Part shown: in pieces, positions 1-8,790 of the stretch
Position numbering within the stretch: the stretch's first letter is position 1
How the letters are laid out: each line of letters starts with the position of its first letter
Assembly: GCA_026786045.1 (NCBI GenBank)
Contig: JAJAYV010000132.1
Coordinates: 1 to 24,229 of the forward strand
DNA length: 24,229 nt
Direction of reading: 5' to 3'
From: Frankiaceae bacterium
GTDB taxonomy: Bacteria > Actinomycetota > Actinomycetes > Mycobacteriales > SCTD01
Translations under genes and position numbers: made by a program
Notes under the pieces: model-generated
What the model was told of the DNA's origin: nothing
What the model saw: only the letters and a program-made list of their open reading frames with translations
Databases searched by the model: none

Positions 1-940
1 CGACGAGGACGTTCGGGTCGGCCAGCACCGGCCGGGTGCGCAGCGCCTCGACGCGGGCGGACTCGGTCGCGACGAGGTGGGTGATGACGCGGCGGGCGCG
101 GTCGCGGGCCTGGCGGACCCGCTGGGCCTCTTCGCGGACGTCGGGCACCACCCGCTTGCCGGCGTCGGTCGGCGTCGAGCAGCGGACGTCGGCGACCAGG
201 TCGACCAGCGGGCTGTCCGGCTCGTGGCCGATCGCGCTCACCACCGGGGTGCGGCAGCGGGCGACCGCCCGGCACAGCGCTTCGTCGCTGAAGGGCAGCA
301 GGTCCTCGACGCTGCCGCCGCCGCGGGCCAGCACGATGACGTCGACCTCCGGGGCGGCGTCGAGCGACTGCAGTGCGCCGATCACCTGCTCGACGGCGAG
401 GTGGCCCTGCACGGCGACCTCGCGCACGTCGAAGCGCACCGCCGGCCAGCGTCGCTTGGCGTTCTCGAGCACGTCGCGTGCGGCGGCGCTGGCCCGGCCG
501 GTGACCAGCCCGACGGTGCGCGGCAGGAACGGCAGCGGCTTCTTCAGCCCGGCGGCGAACAGGCCCTCGGCGGCCATCAGCGCCTTGAGCCGCTCGAGCC
601 GGGCGAGCAGCTCGCCGACACCGACCGGCCGGATCTCGATCGCCTTCAGGTTCAGTGTGCCGCGGCCCCCGTAGAACTCCGGCTTGGCGTGCAGGACCAA
701 GCGATCGCCCTCGGCCAGCGGTGGGACGACCGCGTCGACAAGCGTGCGGGCCGCGACGACGTTGAGGCTCATGTCGGCGACAGGGTCGCGCAGCACGAGA
801 TAACAGGTGCCGGACCGGCGGTTGACCTGCGTGACCTGCCCCTCGACCCAGACCCGGCCGAGCTTGTCGATCCACTCCATGAGCGAGCGGGCGACGGTGC
901 GCACGGGCAGCGGCGACTCCGCGCTGTTCGCCAGGGGCAC
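1..940 (-). CDS. xseA: Exodeoxyribonuclease VII large subunit (3' end runs off the window)
   Basis: Manual translation of the minus strand from GTG at 940 (absent from the ORF track because there is no stop in the window): [39 protein letters not shown]...YLVLRD...[10 protein letters not shown]...[20 protein letters not shown]...[10 protein letters not shown]...[13 protein letters not shown]. These are typical XseA motifs, and the synteny with ispH/ychF fits. Confidence 0.95.
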   Translation of the reverse strand, partial: MPLANSAESPLPVRTVARSLMEWIDKLGRVWVEGQVTQVNRRSGTCYLVLRDPVADMSLNVVAARTLVDAVVPPLAEGDRLVLHAKPEFYGGRGTLNLKAIEIRPVGVGELLARLERLKALMAAEGLFAAGLKKPLPFLPRTVGLVTGRASAAARDVLENAKRRWPAVRFDVREVAVQGHLAVEQVIGALQSLDAAPEVDVIVLARGGGSVEDLLPFSDEALCRAVARCRTPVVSAIGHEPDSPLVDLVADVRCSTPTDAGKRVVPDVREEAQRVRQARDRARRVITHLVATESARVEALRTRPVLADPNVLV

Positions 941-947
941 GACGGGC

Positions 948-953
948 AGCCTA
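948..953 (-). promoter_or_regulatory. Putative -10 hexamer TAGGCT, 7 nt upstream of the xseA GTG (leaderless-type start)
   Basis: TANNNT hexamer at TSS distance from the start codon, with no Shine-Dalgarno between them. Confidence 0.55.
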
Positions 954-960
954 GGCCCGC

Positions 961-994
961 CCCCTTCCAGCCCTCCCCGCCCGGAGGGGTGGGG
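961..994. terminator. Possible GC-rich hairpin between the lipid-droplet protein gene and xseA
   Basis: CCCTCC (971-976) pairs with GGAGGG (983-988), extendable by CCA/TGG. There is no U-tract. Confidence 0.25.
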
Positions 995-1006
995 ACGTGC
1001 GGGGGT

Positions 1007-1960
1007 CTAGCTGGGCTTGCCGGCGCCGCCGAGGCCGCCGAAGGCGACCGTCGGGTTGTCGGCGCCCGCGTCAGCGGTGCTGGGGCTGACCTTGGAGCCG
1101 CCCTTCGCGCCACCCGCCGTCTCCGCGCCGTCGGTGCCGCCGCCGGACAGCGGGGCGGTCGGGTCGTTGGCCAGCTTGACGATGCGGTTGTCGAGCATCG
1201 TCACGATCGGCAGCCGGTCGGCATGGGCCTTCTCGTAGTCGCGGATCTGCACCAGCTGCGGCAGGTCGAGGCTGCGCATCCGGCCGCGCAGGGAGCCGAG
1301 GGTGAGGTGGTCGTAGTCCGGCAGCGGCAGGTCCTCGTGGGCCAGGACCTGGCCGCCGACGGTGGCGGAGACGCGCTCGACGACCTCGACGGTCTCGGGG
1401 CTGGCGGCTGAGTCGACCTGCACCTGTGTGCCGTCGGGAGCCGGCGGGGTGGGCTCGCCCTTGGGCGCCTCGGCCTCGGGGACCTCTGCCGCGACGTCGG
1501 CGACCGCGGTCCCGACGGTGTTGGCGGCCTTCGCAGCAGCGTCCTCGACACCGTCGGCAGCCTTGTCGAGTCCGGCGCCGACCCGACGCGTGGTGGTGCC
1601 GGCGGCCTTGCGGGCGCGGGTGGTGCCGGTGCGGGCGAGCTTCGTGACCGCCTCGCCGGCGTCCTCCAGCGCGTCCTCGACGACGTCGTACGGCTTGGCG
1701 AACGGCGTGCCCTGCAGCGCGTCCTCGACGACGTCCTCGACCTCGTCGAAGGACGTGCCGCGCAAGCGGGTGAGCAGGCGCTCACCGCGCTCGGCCAGCG
1801 CGTCGTACTCCCGGCGCGCGGTGCCGAGCGTCGTCAGTGCGTGGCTCACGGCGTAGACGGGCAGCTGCACCACCTTCCCGGGCAGGCGGCGGACGCCGTC
1901 CAGGACGGTCGGCACGATCCCGAGGGCGGCGGCGACGGGGGTCGGGACGGGGCTGGGCAT
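1007..1960 (-). CDS. Rv1109c-like lipid droplet-associated protein (317 aa)
   Basis: ATG at 1960 with an AAGGA RBS. N-terminal segment VVQLPVYAVSHAL...YDALAERGE and C-terminal segment LPLPDYDHLTLGSLRGRMRSLDLPQLVQIRDYEKAHADRLPIVTMLDNRI resemble the Rv1109c family. It sits between xseA and ispH, as in mycobacteria. Confidence 0.8.
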   Translation of the reverse strand: MPSPVPTPVAAALGIVPTVLDGVRRLPGKVVQLPVYAVSHALTTLGTARREYDALAERGERLLTRLRGTSFDEVEDVVEDALQGTPFAKPYDVVEDALEDAGEAVTKLARTGTTRARKAAGTTTRRVGAGLDKAADGVEDAAAKAANTVGTAVADVAAEVPEAEAPKGEPTPPAPDGTQVQVDSAASPETVEVVERVSATVGGQVLAHEDLPLPDYDHLTLGSLRGRMRSLDLPQLVQIRDYEKAHADRLPIVTMLDNRIVKLANDPTAPLSGGGTDGAETAGGAKGGSKVSPSTADAGADNPTVAFGGLGGAGKPS

Positions 1961-2086
1961 ACGAGGTTTCCTTAGGGGAGGGGACGAGCCAGGCTCGAAC
2001 GGACACGTGCCCGCGACCGCCGCGGGTACACGCGCTGGGAGGAAGATCACCGCGCGGTCCGAGGGTACGGACGTAGCATGGTCCCC

Positions 2087-3070
2087 ATGACGGAGACCCC
2101 TGTGCGACCGTCCAAGCGAGTCCTGGTGGCCAAGCCGCGCGGTTACTGCGCCGGTGTGGATCGGGCCGTGCTCACCGTGGAGAAGGCGTTGGAGGCCTAC
2201 GGCGCGCCGGTCTACGTCCGCAAGCAGATCGTGCACAACGCCCACGTGGTGCGGACCCTCGAGGCCCAGGGCGCGGTCTTCGTCGAGGAGACCGACGAGG
2301 TGCCCGAGGGGGCCACCGTCGTCTTCTCCGCCCACGGCGTCGCCCCGACCGTGCACGCCGAAGCCAAGGTCCGCGCGCTCAAGACGATCGACGCGACCTG
2401 CCCTCTGGTGACCAAGGTCCACATGGAGGCCAAGCGCTTCGCGGCCGACGACGTCGACATCGTGCTCATCGGCCACGAGGACCACGAAGAAGTCGTCGGC
2501 ACCACGGGCCAGGCGCCCGAGCACATTCACCTCGTCGACGGCGTAGAGGAGGCCGCGCAGGTGCAGGTGCGCGACCCGAGCAAGGTCGCCTACCTGTCGC
2601 AGACCACGCTGTCGGTGGACGAGACCAACGTGACGGTCGAGGCGCTGCGCCAGCGCTTCCCGCTGCTGCAGGGCCCGCCGTCGGCCGACATCTGCTACGC
2701 CACGCAGAACCGCCAGGTCGCTGTGAAGGAGATCGCCGCCGAGTCCGACCTGGTCCTGGTCGTCGGCTCGCGCAACAGCTCCAACTCGGTCCGGCTCGTC
2801 GAGGTCGCCCTGGACGCTGGCTCCGGCGCCTCGTACCTGGTCGACGACGCGAGCGAGATCGACGAGGCCTGGCTGGAGGGCGTCACGACGGTCGGCCTGA
2901 CCAGCGGCGCCTCGGTGCCGGAGGACCTCGTCGTGGAGGTGATGGCCTGGCTGGCCGAGCGCGGCTACGGCGAGGTGCAGGAGGTCGAGTCGGCCCAGGA
3001 GCACCTGCTGTTCGCGCTGCCGCCCGAGCTGCGCCGCGACCTGCGCAAGGCCGGCATCAGCGAGAGCTAG
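2087..3070 (+). CDS. ispH: 4-hydroxy-3-methylbut-2-enyl diphosphate reductase
   Basis: Three Fe-S cysteine motifs ([25 protein letters not shown]) plus GSRNSSNS and [10 protein letters not shown]. Start 2087 is preferred because TAGCAT (2074-2079) lies 7 nt upstream; 2078 is the alternative. Confidence 0.97.
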   Translation: MTETPVRPSKRVLVAKPRGYCAGVDRAVLTVEKALEAYGAPVYVRKQIVHNAHVVRTLEAQGAVFVEETDEVPEGATVVFSAHGVAPTVHAEAKVRALKTIDATCPLVTKVHMEAKRFAADDVDIVLIGHEDHEEVVGTTGQAPEHIHLVDGVEEAAQVQVRDPSKVAYLSQTTLSVDETNVTVEALRQRFPLLQGPPSADICYATQNRQVAVKEIAAESDLVLVVGSRNSSNSVRLVEVALDAGSGASYLVDDASEIDEAWLEGVTTVGLTSGASVPEDLVVEVMAWLAERGYGEVQEVESAQEHLLFALPPELRRDLRKAGISES

Positions 3071-3497
3071 GCCCGCGCTTGCGTCGCACGAGCGCCACGA
3101 GCAGCGCGAGCCCGGTCGCGGCGAGCAGCACCGGCGCCCCCACGACCAGCGCGTTCACCAGCTCGATCGCCTGCTGCACGAGGAACGACGCGCTCGACGC
3201 GGTCCGCTCGATCACCCCGCCGAGCAGCACCAGCACGACGTAGACCAGCGGCGGCATGACGACGGCGGCGAGCAGGTCCTCGCGGTGCACGGTCAGCGCG
3301 GCCAGCCCGCAGCCGGCGACGAAGCTGACCGCGAAGACCTCCCTGAGGCCGGGGCCGGTGACGACGTCGAACGCCCCGCCGAGCAACCCGAGCAGCAACG
3401 CGAGCGCGACGGCGCCGGTGGCGGTGAGTCCGCGCCGGTCGCCGACAGAGGCACCCGCGGGAAGCGGCTGCCCGGTCCTGCCACCCGTGCCGGTCAC
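3057..3497 (-). CDS. DUF6542-like membrane protein (Rv1111c-like)
   Basis: About four hydrophobic helices with a [14 protein letters not shown] motif. It lies convergent to and overlapping the ispH 3' end, the same position as Rv1111c. Confidence 0.75.
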   Translation of the reverse strand: MTGTGGRTGQPLPAGASVGDRRGLTATGAVALALLLGLLGGAFDVVTGPGLREVFAVSFVAGCGLAALTVHREDLLAAVVMPPLVYVVLVLLGGVIERTASSASFLVQQAIELVNALVVGAPVLLAATGLALLVALVRRKRGPSSR

Positions 3498-3553
3498 AGA
3501 GTCGGACGCTACCCCCGTGACGGCGGACCACCGCTGCGCCTACCGTGTCCCGC

Positions 3554-3865
3554 GTGTCAGCTGCGGGTGGGTCAGGGACCGGGTCGTACGGCGAGGGCGA
3601 GCGGGTGTTCGGGCCGCCGCAGGGCAGCTACGACGCGGACTGGGTCGCCGCCACCGCCCGCACCGCCGACCCCGGGCTGCCCGAGGAGACGGCGCGCGAG
3701 CTGGCCGTCTACGCCTGGGACCACCTGCGGGCCATCGGCGCGCTCGACGCCCCGGAGGTGGCCCGCCGGCTGCTGGCCGACCACCCGGCGTCGGGGGCGA
3801 CCGCGGCGGCCGTCGTGGCCAAGGCCGCCGTCGACTTCTGCCAGGCGTACGGCGTCGACCTGTAG
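3554..3865 (+). CDS. Hypothetical protein (103 aa)
   Basis: High-GC3 codon pattern and a helical, protein-like composition (GERVFGPPQGSYDADWVA...AVYAWDHLRAIGALDAPEVARRLL...VDFCQAYG). It fills the gap between the DUF6542-like gene and rmuC. TACCGT lies 7 nt before GTG 3554. Confidence 0.7.
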   Translation: MSAAGGSGTGSYGEGERVFGPPQGSYDADWVAATARTADPGLPEETARELAVYAWDHLRAIGALDAPEVARRLLADHPASGATAAAVVAKAAVDFCQAYGVDL

Positions 3866-3873
3866 CCGGACCG

Positions 3874-5028
3874 TCAGCCGGTGCTGGACAGCGGCGGCAC
3901 CAGCTCGGGCGCGGTGACCGGTCGCGGCAGCACCTCCACCGCCGCGGGCGCAGGCGGCGGCTCCTCGGCCAGGCCGAGCTCGGCCATCCGCCGGGCGGCA
4001 GGCAGCAGCGAGCGCTCGAGCGAGCCGACGGTGCGGTTGAAGTCCGCGACGGCCGAGCCGAGCGAGCGGCCGAGCTTGTCGACGTGGCTGCCGAGGGTGC
4101 CCAGCCGGCTGTAGAGGTCCTTGCCGGCGGTGACGACGGCGCGGGCGTTCTCGGTGAGCTGCTCGGTCTGCCAGGCGTGGGCGGCGGTCCGCAGCAGCGA
4201 GACCAGGGTGGTGGGCGTCGCCAGGTGCACGTGGCGGGAGTAGGCGTGCTCGAGCAGCGACGGGTCGTGCTGCAGCGCGGGCGCGAGGAAGGCCTCGCCG
4301 GGCACGAAGAGCACCACGAACTCAGGGGAGTCGGGCAGCGCCGACCAGTAGGCCCTGTCGGCGAGCCGGTCGACGTGGGCGCGCAGGTGGCGGGCGTGGG
4401 CGGCCATGCGGGTCGCGGCCTCGGCCTCGTCGTCGCACTCGACCGCCTCGAGGTAGGCCGCGAGCGTCACCTTGGCGTCGACGACGATCGAGCGGCCGCC
4501 GGCCAGCCGCACCACGAGGTCTGGCCGCAGCACCGCGCCGTCGGCGCCGGTCCAGCTCTCCTGCTCAGAGAAGTCGCACCGGTCCACCATCCCGGCGTAC
4601 TCCACGCAGCGGCGGAGCTGGACCTCGCCCCAGCGGCCGCGCGCCTGCGGGCGGCGTAGTGCGTCGACCAGTGAGGCGGTCTCGCGACCGAGCAGCTCGC
4701 TCGTGCGGCGGACGCCGGCCACCTGCTCGCGCAGCTCGGCCTGGGCGCGCGCCCGCTCGAGCTCGAGCCCGCGCAGCTGGGTCTCGACGAGGTGGAGCTG
4801 CTCGCGCAGCGGGACGACGAGCGCCTCGACGGCCTGGCGCTGCCCGGCGAGCTCGCCGGCCGCTGCCTCGCGGCTGCCGGTGAGGGCCCGCGAGGCCAGC
4901 CCCTCGAAGGAGGTGAGCAGCGACTGCTCGTCGCGGCGGGCGCTGCGCCGGCCGAGCAGCAGGCCGAGCAGCAGGCCGGCGGCCAGGCCGAGGAGCAGGC
5001 CGAGCAGGAGGGCGAGGGCGATGGTCAT
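3874..5028 (-). CDS. rmuC: DNA recombination protein RmuC
   Basis: N-terminal TM anchor, a coiled coil, then RGRWGEVQLRRCVE, RPDLVVRL...IVVDAK, PEFVVLFVPGEAFL, LATPTTLVSLLRTA and GKDLYSRL, all RmuC motifs. ATG at 5028. Confidence 0.93.
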   Translation of the reverse strand: MTIALALLLGLLLGLAAGLLLGLLLGRRSARRDEQSLLTSFEGLASRALTGSREAAAGELAGQRQAVEALVVPLREQLHLVETQLRGLELERARAQAELREQVAGVRRTSELLGRETASLVDALRRPQARGRWGEVQLRRCVEYAGMVDRCDFSEQESWTGADGAVLRPDLVVRLAGGRSIVVDAKVTLAAYLEAVECDDEAEAATRMAAHARHLRAHVDRLADRAYWSALPDSPEFVVLFVPGEAFLAPALQHDPSLLEHAYSRHVHLATPTTLVSLLRTAAHAWQTEQLTENARAVVTAGKDLYSRLGTLGSHVDKLGRSLGSAVADFNRTVGSLERSLLPAARRMAELGLAEEPPPAPAAVEVLPRPVTAPELVPPLSSTG

Positions 5029-5094
5029 GGGCCGACCCTGGCAGCCGGGTCCGACAGATCCGGGTGACGCGCCGCGCCGGTACCGTCGTCGTCC

Positions 5095-6168
5095 GTGAGC
5101 CTCTCCCTCGGCATCGTCGGCCTGCCCAACGTCGGCAAGAGCACCTTGTTCAACGCGCTGACCAAGAACGACGTGCTGGCGGCCAACTACCCCTTCGCCA
5201 CGATCGAGCCGAACGTCGGTGTCGTGGGCGTGCCGGACGACCGGCTGCCCAAGCTCGCGGAGGTCTTCGGCTCGGCGAAGGTCATCCCCGCCACCGTCGA
5301 CTTCGTGGACATCGCCGGCATCGTCAAGGGCGCCAGCGAGGGCGAGGGCCTGGGCAACAAGTTCCTTGCCAACATCCGCGACAGCGACGCGATCTGCCAG
5401 GTGATCCGGGTCTTCAAGGACGACAACGTCGTGCACGTCGACGGCCGCGTCTCGCCGAAGGACGACATCGAGGTCATCAACACCGAGCTGATCCTCGCCG
5501 ACCTGCAGACGGTCGAGAAGGCGGTCCCGCGGCTGGAGAAGGAGGCGCGGATCAAGAAGGACGTCGTGCCGCAGCTCGGGGCGGTCCGCGACGCGCAGAA
5601 GGTGCTCGAGAGCGGGCAGACGATCTTCGGCGCCGGGCTCGACCGGGGCCCGCTGCGCGAGCTGCACCTGCTGACCGCGAAGCCGTTCCTCTACGTCTTC
5701 AACCTCGACGAGGACGAGCTCACCGACCAGGCCCTGCGCGCCGAGCTGCAGGCGCTCGTCGCGCCGGCCGAGGCGGTCTTCCTCGACGCGAAGGTCGAGA
5801 TGGAGCTCATCGAGATGGACGAGGCCGACGCCCTGGAGCTGCTGCAGTCGATGGGTCAGGCCGAGAGCGGGCTGCACCAGCTGGCCCGCATCGGCTTCGA
5901 CACCCTCGGGCTGCAGACCTACCTCACCGCCGGGCCCAAGGAGGCCCGCGCCTGGACGATCAAGAAGGGCGCGACCGCCCCGGAGGCGGCCGGCGTCATC
6001 CACACCGACTTCCAGCGCGGCTTCATCAAGGCCGAGGTCATCGGCTTCGGCGACCTGATGGAGGCCGGCTCCACCCAGGCCGCCCGCGCTGCCGGCAAGG
6101 CCCGCATGGAGGGCAAGGACTACGTCATGCAGGACGGCGACGTCGTGGAGTTCCGCTTCAACGTGTAG
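5095..6168 (+). CDS. ychF: Redox-regulated ribosome-binding ATPase YchF
   Basis: [42 protein letters not shown] and a C-terminal TGS domain ending [15 protein letters not shown]. Confidence 0.98.
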   Translation: MSLSLGIVGLPNVGKSTLFNALTKNDVLAANYPFATIEPNVGVVGVPDDRLPKLAEVFGSAKVIPATVDFVDIAGIVKGASEGEGLGNKFLANIRDSDAICQVIRVFKDDNVVHVDGRVSPKDDIEVINTELILADLQTVEKAVPRLEKEARIKKDVVPQLGAVRDAQKVLESGQTIFGAGLDRGPLRELHLLTAKPFLYVFNLDEDELTDQALRAELQALVAPAEAVFLDAKVEMELIEMDEADALELLQSMGQAESGLHQLARIGFDTLGLQTYLTAGPKEARAWTIKKGATAPEAAGVIHTDFQRGFIKAEVIGFGDLMEAGSTQAARAAGKARMEGKDYVMQDGDVVEFRFNV

Positions 6169-6720
6169 GGCGAGTTGAACCTGCAGGTCAGGGGCTTAGG
6201 ACACGTCGCTAGTCCGCACGCGGTCCGCAAGAATCGGGAGCACGTCGGCCAGCAGCTCGCCTGCTGCCCGACGCGTGCGGTCCCGCGGGTGGCCATCTGC
6301 TCGATGCACTGCTCAACGTGAGACCGGCGCAGCGCGGCAAGAGGGAGCTGCGCGAAGGGCACGCTGCCCGCGGCCAGGTCCATCGCCAGCAACGGTGGTG
6401 GCCTCCCACACCTGTCGGGAACCCCACTCGGCGTCATAGGTCTCGAAGGTGACGCGGCCGGCCTTGGGGTCGACGTACTGACCGGTCACGACGCTGGCCG
6501 TGACGTCGTCGAGCCAGCGCGGGGCGTCGAGCTTGCGGGCGAAGTGCCGCGAGTGCTCCTTGTCCGCGGCGTCGCGATACCGGGCTCGCCACCGCCCGTC
6601 GCGCCGCTTCGCGAGGCTGGCCATGGTCGTCTCCCTCATGCCGACGAAGTGGCCGCCGCATGTGAGCGCAGATGGTCCGTACGTCCATGGCTTCCGCATG
6701 TGGTGGACGGTCGACGGCCA
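6169..6720. mobile_element. Remnant end of an integrative element abutting the ychF 3' end
   Basis: An integrase pseudogene converges on ychF and ends 27 nt from the ychF stop. A palindrome ACCTGCAGGT and the tandem GTCCGCA-CGCG-GTCCGCA lie at the junction. No second copy of the ychF 3' end was seen by eye in the window. Confidence 0.6.
6196..6624 (-). pseudogene. Tyrosine recombinase/integrase pseudogene (frameshift plus large internal deletion)
   Basis: RBS GAGGGAG then ATG 6624: MASLAKRRDGRWRARYRDAADKEHSRHFARKLDA.RWLDDVTASVVTGQYVDPKAGRVTF (arm-binding N-terminus). A +1 frameshift near 6391 continues AMDLAAGSVPFAQLPLAALRRSHVEQ. The sequence then jumps near 6283 to the tail DRTRRAAGELLADVLPILADRVRTSDVS* (TAA 6198-6196). 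No catalytic domain remains. Confidence 0.8.
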
Positions 6721-6933
6721 TGCCGCTGCCGGGTCGGCGACCCCCCAAAAGCGCCGATCTGGGCGGCTCACGGGGAGCAGGCAGAGGTCACGGGAGCTCG
6801 GCGGCGGGGTCGTCTTCGGCGCAAGGCCGCGCCCTCGCGATCGGGGAGTTGCTGTTCCCGTGGTCCTCGACGGCGGCTGGCCGCTGACCCGGGCTGTGGC
6901 CCTAAGGTGCGGGCACCGACGTGAGGAGCCGAC

Positions 6934-7827
6934 ATGCGGCGCGAGCTGACCACCGTCCTGTCCGGCCGGTCGTTCTTGGAGTGCCCGCGCTGGCACGACG
7001 ACCGGATCTGGGTGGTGGACTTCTACACCCACGAGGTGCTGTCGGCCGCGGAGGACGGGTCCGACCTGCGCACCGAGGCCGCGGTGCCGCAGCAGCCGTC
7101 CGGGCTGGGTTGGCTGCCCGACGGGCGGCTTCTCGTGGTGTCCATGCGGGACGCGACGCTCCTGCGCCGGGAATCCGACGGCTCACTGGTGGTGCATGCC
7201 GACCTGGCGCCACACGTCTCCGGCCACCCCAACGACATGGTGGTGGACGGACAAGGGCGGGCGTACGTCGGCAACTTCGGTTTCGACCTGATGGCCGGCG
7301 CGCCGATCGGCCCGGCGGTCCTACTCCGGGTCGATCCTGACGGCACGGTGACCCGGGTCGCCGAGGACCTGATGTTCCCCAATGGCAGCGTGCTCACCGA
7401 CGACGGCGTCCTGCTGGTGGCCGAGACCTTCGGCAACCGGGTTACCGCCTTCGACGTCGCTGCCGACGGCTCCCTGTCCGGTCGTCGGGTCTGGGCCGAG
7501 TTCGGGCCCGTGCCCGCGTCGACGGTGATTGCCGATGCCCTCCCGGAGCTCGTGGTCGCTCCCGACGGCTGCGGGCTCGACGCTGAGGGGTTGCTGTGGG
7601 TCGCTGACGCCGCGCACGGCCGGGCGGTGCGCGTCCGCGAGGGCGGCGAGATCGTCGACGAGGTGGTCACCGGCTCCGGCGTCTTCGCGTGCATGCTCGG
7701 CGGGTCGGACGGCCGCACGCTGTACCTGTGTGCGGCGCCGGACTTTGACGAGCACGCCCGCATCGCGGCGCGCGACGCCCAGCTGCTCGCGGTGCGGGTC
7801 GAGGTCCCGCGCGCCGGCCGGCCCTGA
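6934..7827 (+). CDS. SMP-30/gluconolactonase/LRE family protein
   Basis: FLECPRWHD, PNDMVVD...AYVGNFG, FPNGSVLT, PDGCGLDAEGLLWVA (the E/N/N/D metal ligands). RBS GAGGAG; TAAGGT at 6903-6908 is a possible -10. Confidence 0.92.
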   Translation: MRRELTTVLSGRSFLECPRWHDDRIWVVDFYTHEVLSAAEDGSDLRTEAAVPQQPSGLGWLPDGRLLVVSMRDATLLRRESDGSLVVHADLAPHVSGHPNDMVVDGQGRAYVGNFGFDLMAGAPIGPAVLLRVDPDGTVTRVAEDLMFPNGSVLTDDGVLLVAETFGNRVTAFDVAADGSLSGRRVWAEFGPVPASTVIADALPELVVAPDGCGLDAEGLLWVADAAHGRAVRVREGGEIVDEVVTGSGVFACMLGGSDGRTLYLCAAPDFDEHARIAARDAQLLAVRVEVPRAGRP

Positions 7828-8145
7828 CCCGGCTTCGCTGCGACGACGGACGGGGCGGCGGCGCCGGTGACGAAAGCGGAGCCGATGGTGCGCGGGACGA
7901 ACCTCCTCGTCTCGGTGCCGCTCGTCGGCACCGACGTCGCACCATGCTCGTCCTCCGACTCCGTCTCGTTGAGACCCCAGTGGCCCGGCGGAGATTCTGT
8001 TGCTCCATGGGGCGATCACCAGCGGGATCGGGCCAGGCAGGTGGCCGGGGCTTCGCCGCACGCCCGATCGCAGGGTCACGGCTCCCGATCAGGTCGATGC
8101 GCGGACCCGCCTGGTCAACCATCGTCAGCCCGGTGGCGCGACCGG

Positions 8146-8685
8146 TCAACGGCCGGCGAGCCGGTCCAGTTCTTCGGCCACGATGTCGGCGACGTCGCAG
8201 GTGAGGCCGACGTGACGGTCCGTCCACTGGCGCGGGTGCGGTCCGTACACGCATAGGGCTCCGACCGCGGTGCCATCGGCCAGCAGGAGCGGAACGCCGA
8301 GGTAGGACCCGACGGCGCCCGAGGTGATCGGCGGCAGGTCGAGCAGCCAGGGGTGCGTCCTGGTGTCTGCGGCAACCAGCACGTCCCCGGACAGCACGGT
8401 CACTGTGCACAGGCTGTCCGCCAGCTCACTGACCTGCTCGGAGTAGTCCGAGTCGGCGCACCGCAGCACGGTGGCGACCTGCTGGTCGGCCAGCAGGGAG
8501 AGCTGCGCGTAGTCGCTGGCCGCGACTCGGCCGGCGAGCTGCACCAGACCCTTGAGGATCCTCGAGCTGCCCGCGCCAGCGGCGACTGCCTTTACCCGGC
8601 TGAGTCGGGCGGGGTCGGACAGCACGTCTACCGCGGGCAGCCCGGACGCTCGTCGCGCGTCGCCGGAACTCGGCCGTTGCTCCAC
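8146..8685 (-). CDS. Stand-alone GAF domain protein
   Basis: DPARLSRV...DSLCTVTV...LVAADTRTHP...GAVGSYLGVPLLLADGTAVGALCVYGPHPRQWT is a GAF fold signature. TAGTGT lies 6 nt upstream of the GTG. Confidence 0.8.
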   Translation of the reverse strand: MEQRPSSGDARRASGLPAVDVLSDPARLSRVKAVAAGAGSSRILKGLVQLAGRVAASDYAQLSLLADQQVATVLRCADSDYSEQVSELADSLCTVTVLSGDVLVAADTRTHPWLLDLPPITSGAVGSYLGVPLLLADGTAVGALCVYGPHPRQWTDRHVGLTCDVADIVAEELDRLAGR

Positions 8686-8790
8686 GAGCTGACACTAGGC
8701 AGCCTGCCGGCCGACGGGAAGTGACCACGCTCGACAGGAGGACACCCCGGCAGGGTGGGGGTTCGACCTCGACGCTGCCGGGGGGCGGTG

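Noticed and set aside
77-1411. Long plus-strand ORFs (77..1411, 36..674)
   Set aside because: Antisense shadows of xseA and the lipid-droplet gene; such stop-free shadows are expected at this GC content.
1961-3004. N-terminal 348-aa extension of ORF 1007..3004
   Set aside because: Antisense to ispH. The true start is ATG 1960, which has an RBS.
4945-5020. Tandem GCCGAGCAGCAG-like repeats
   Set aside because: They simply encode the Leu-Leu-Gly-rich membrane anchor of RmuC.
5029-6003. N-terminal extension of ORF 3874..6003
   Set aside because: Antisense to ychF. RmuC begins at ATG 5028 with its TM anchor.
6625-6930. Possible excisionase gene upstream of the integrase
   Set aside because: No frame gives a recognisable HTH/Xis sequence.
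7828-7885. Hairpin GGCTTCGCT...AGCGGAGCC containing GACGAAA, suggestive of a hammerhead ribozyme
   Set aside because: No CUGANGA core on either strand. At most it is a weak terminator-like stem.
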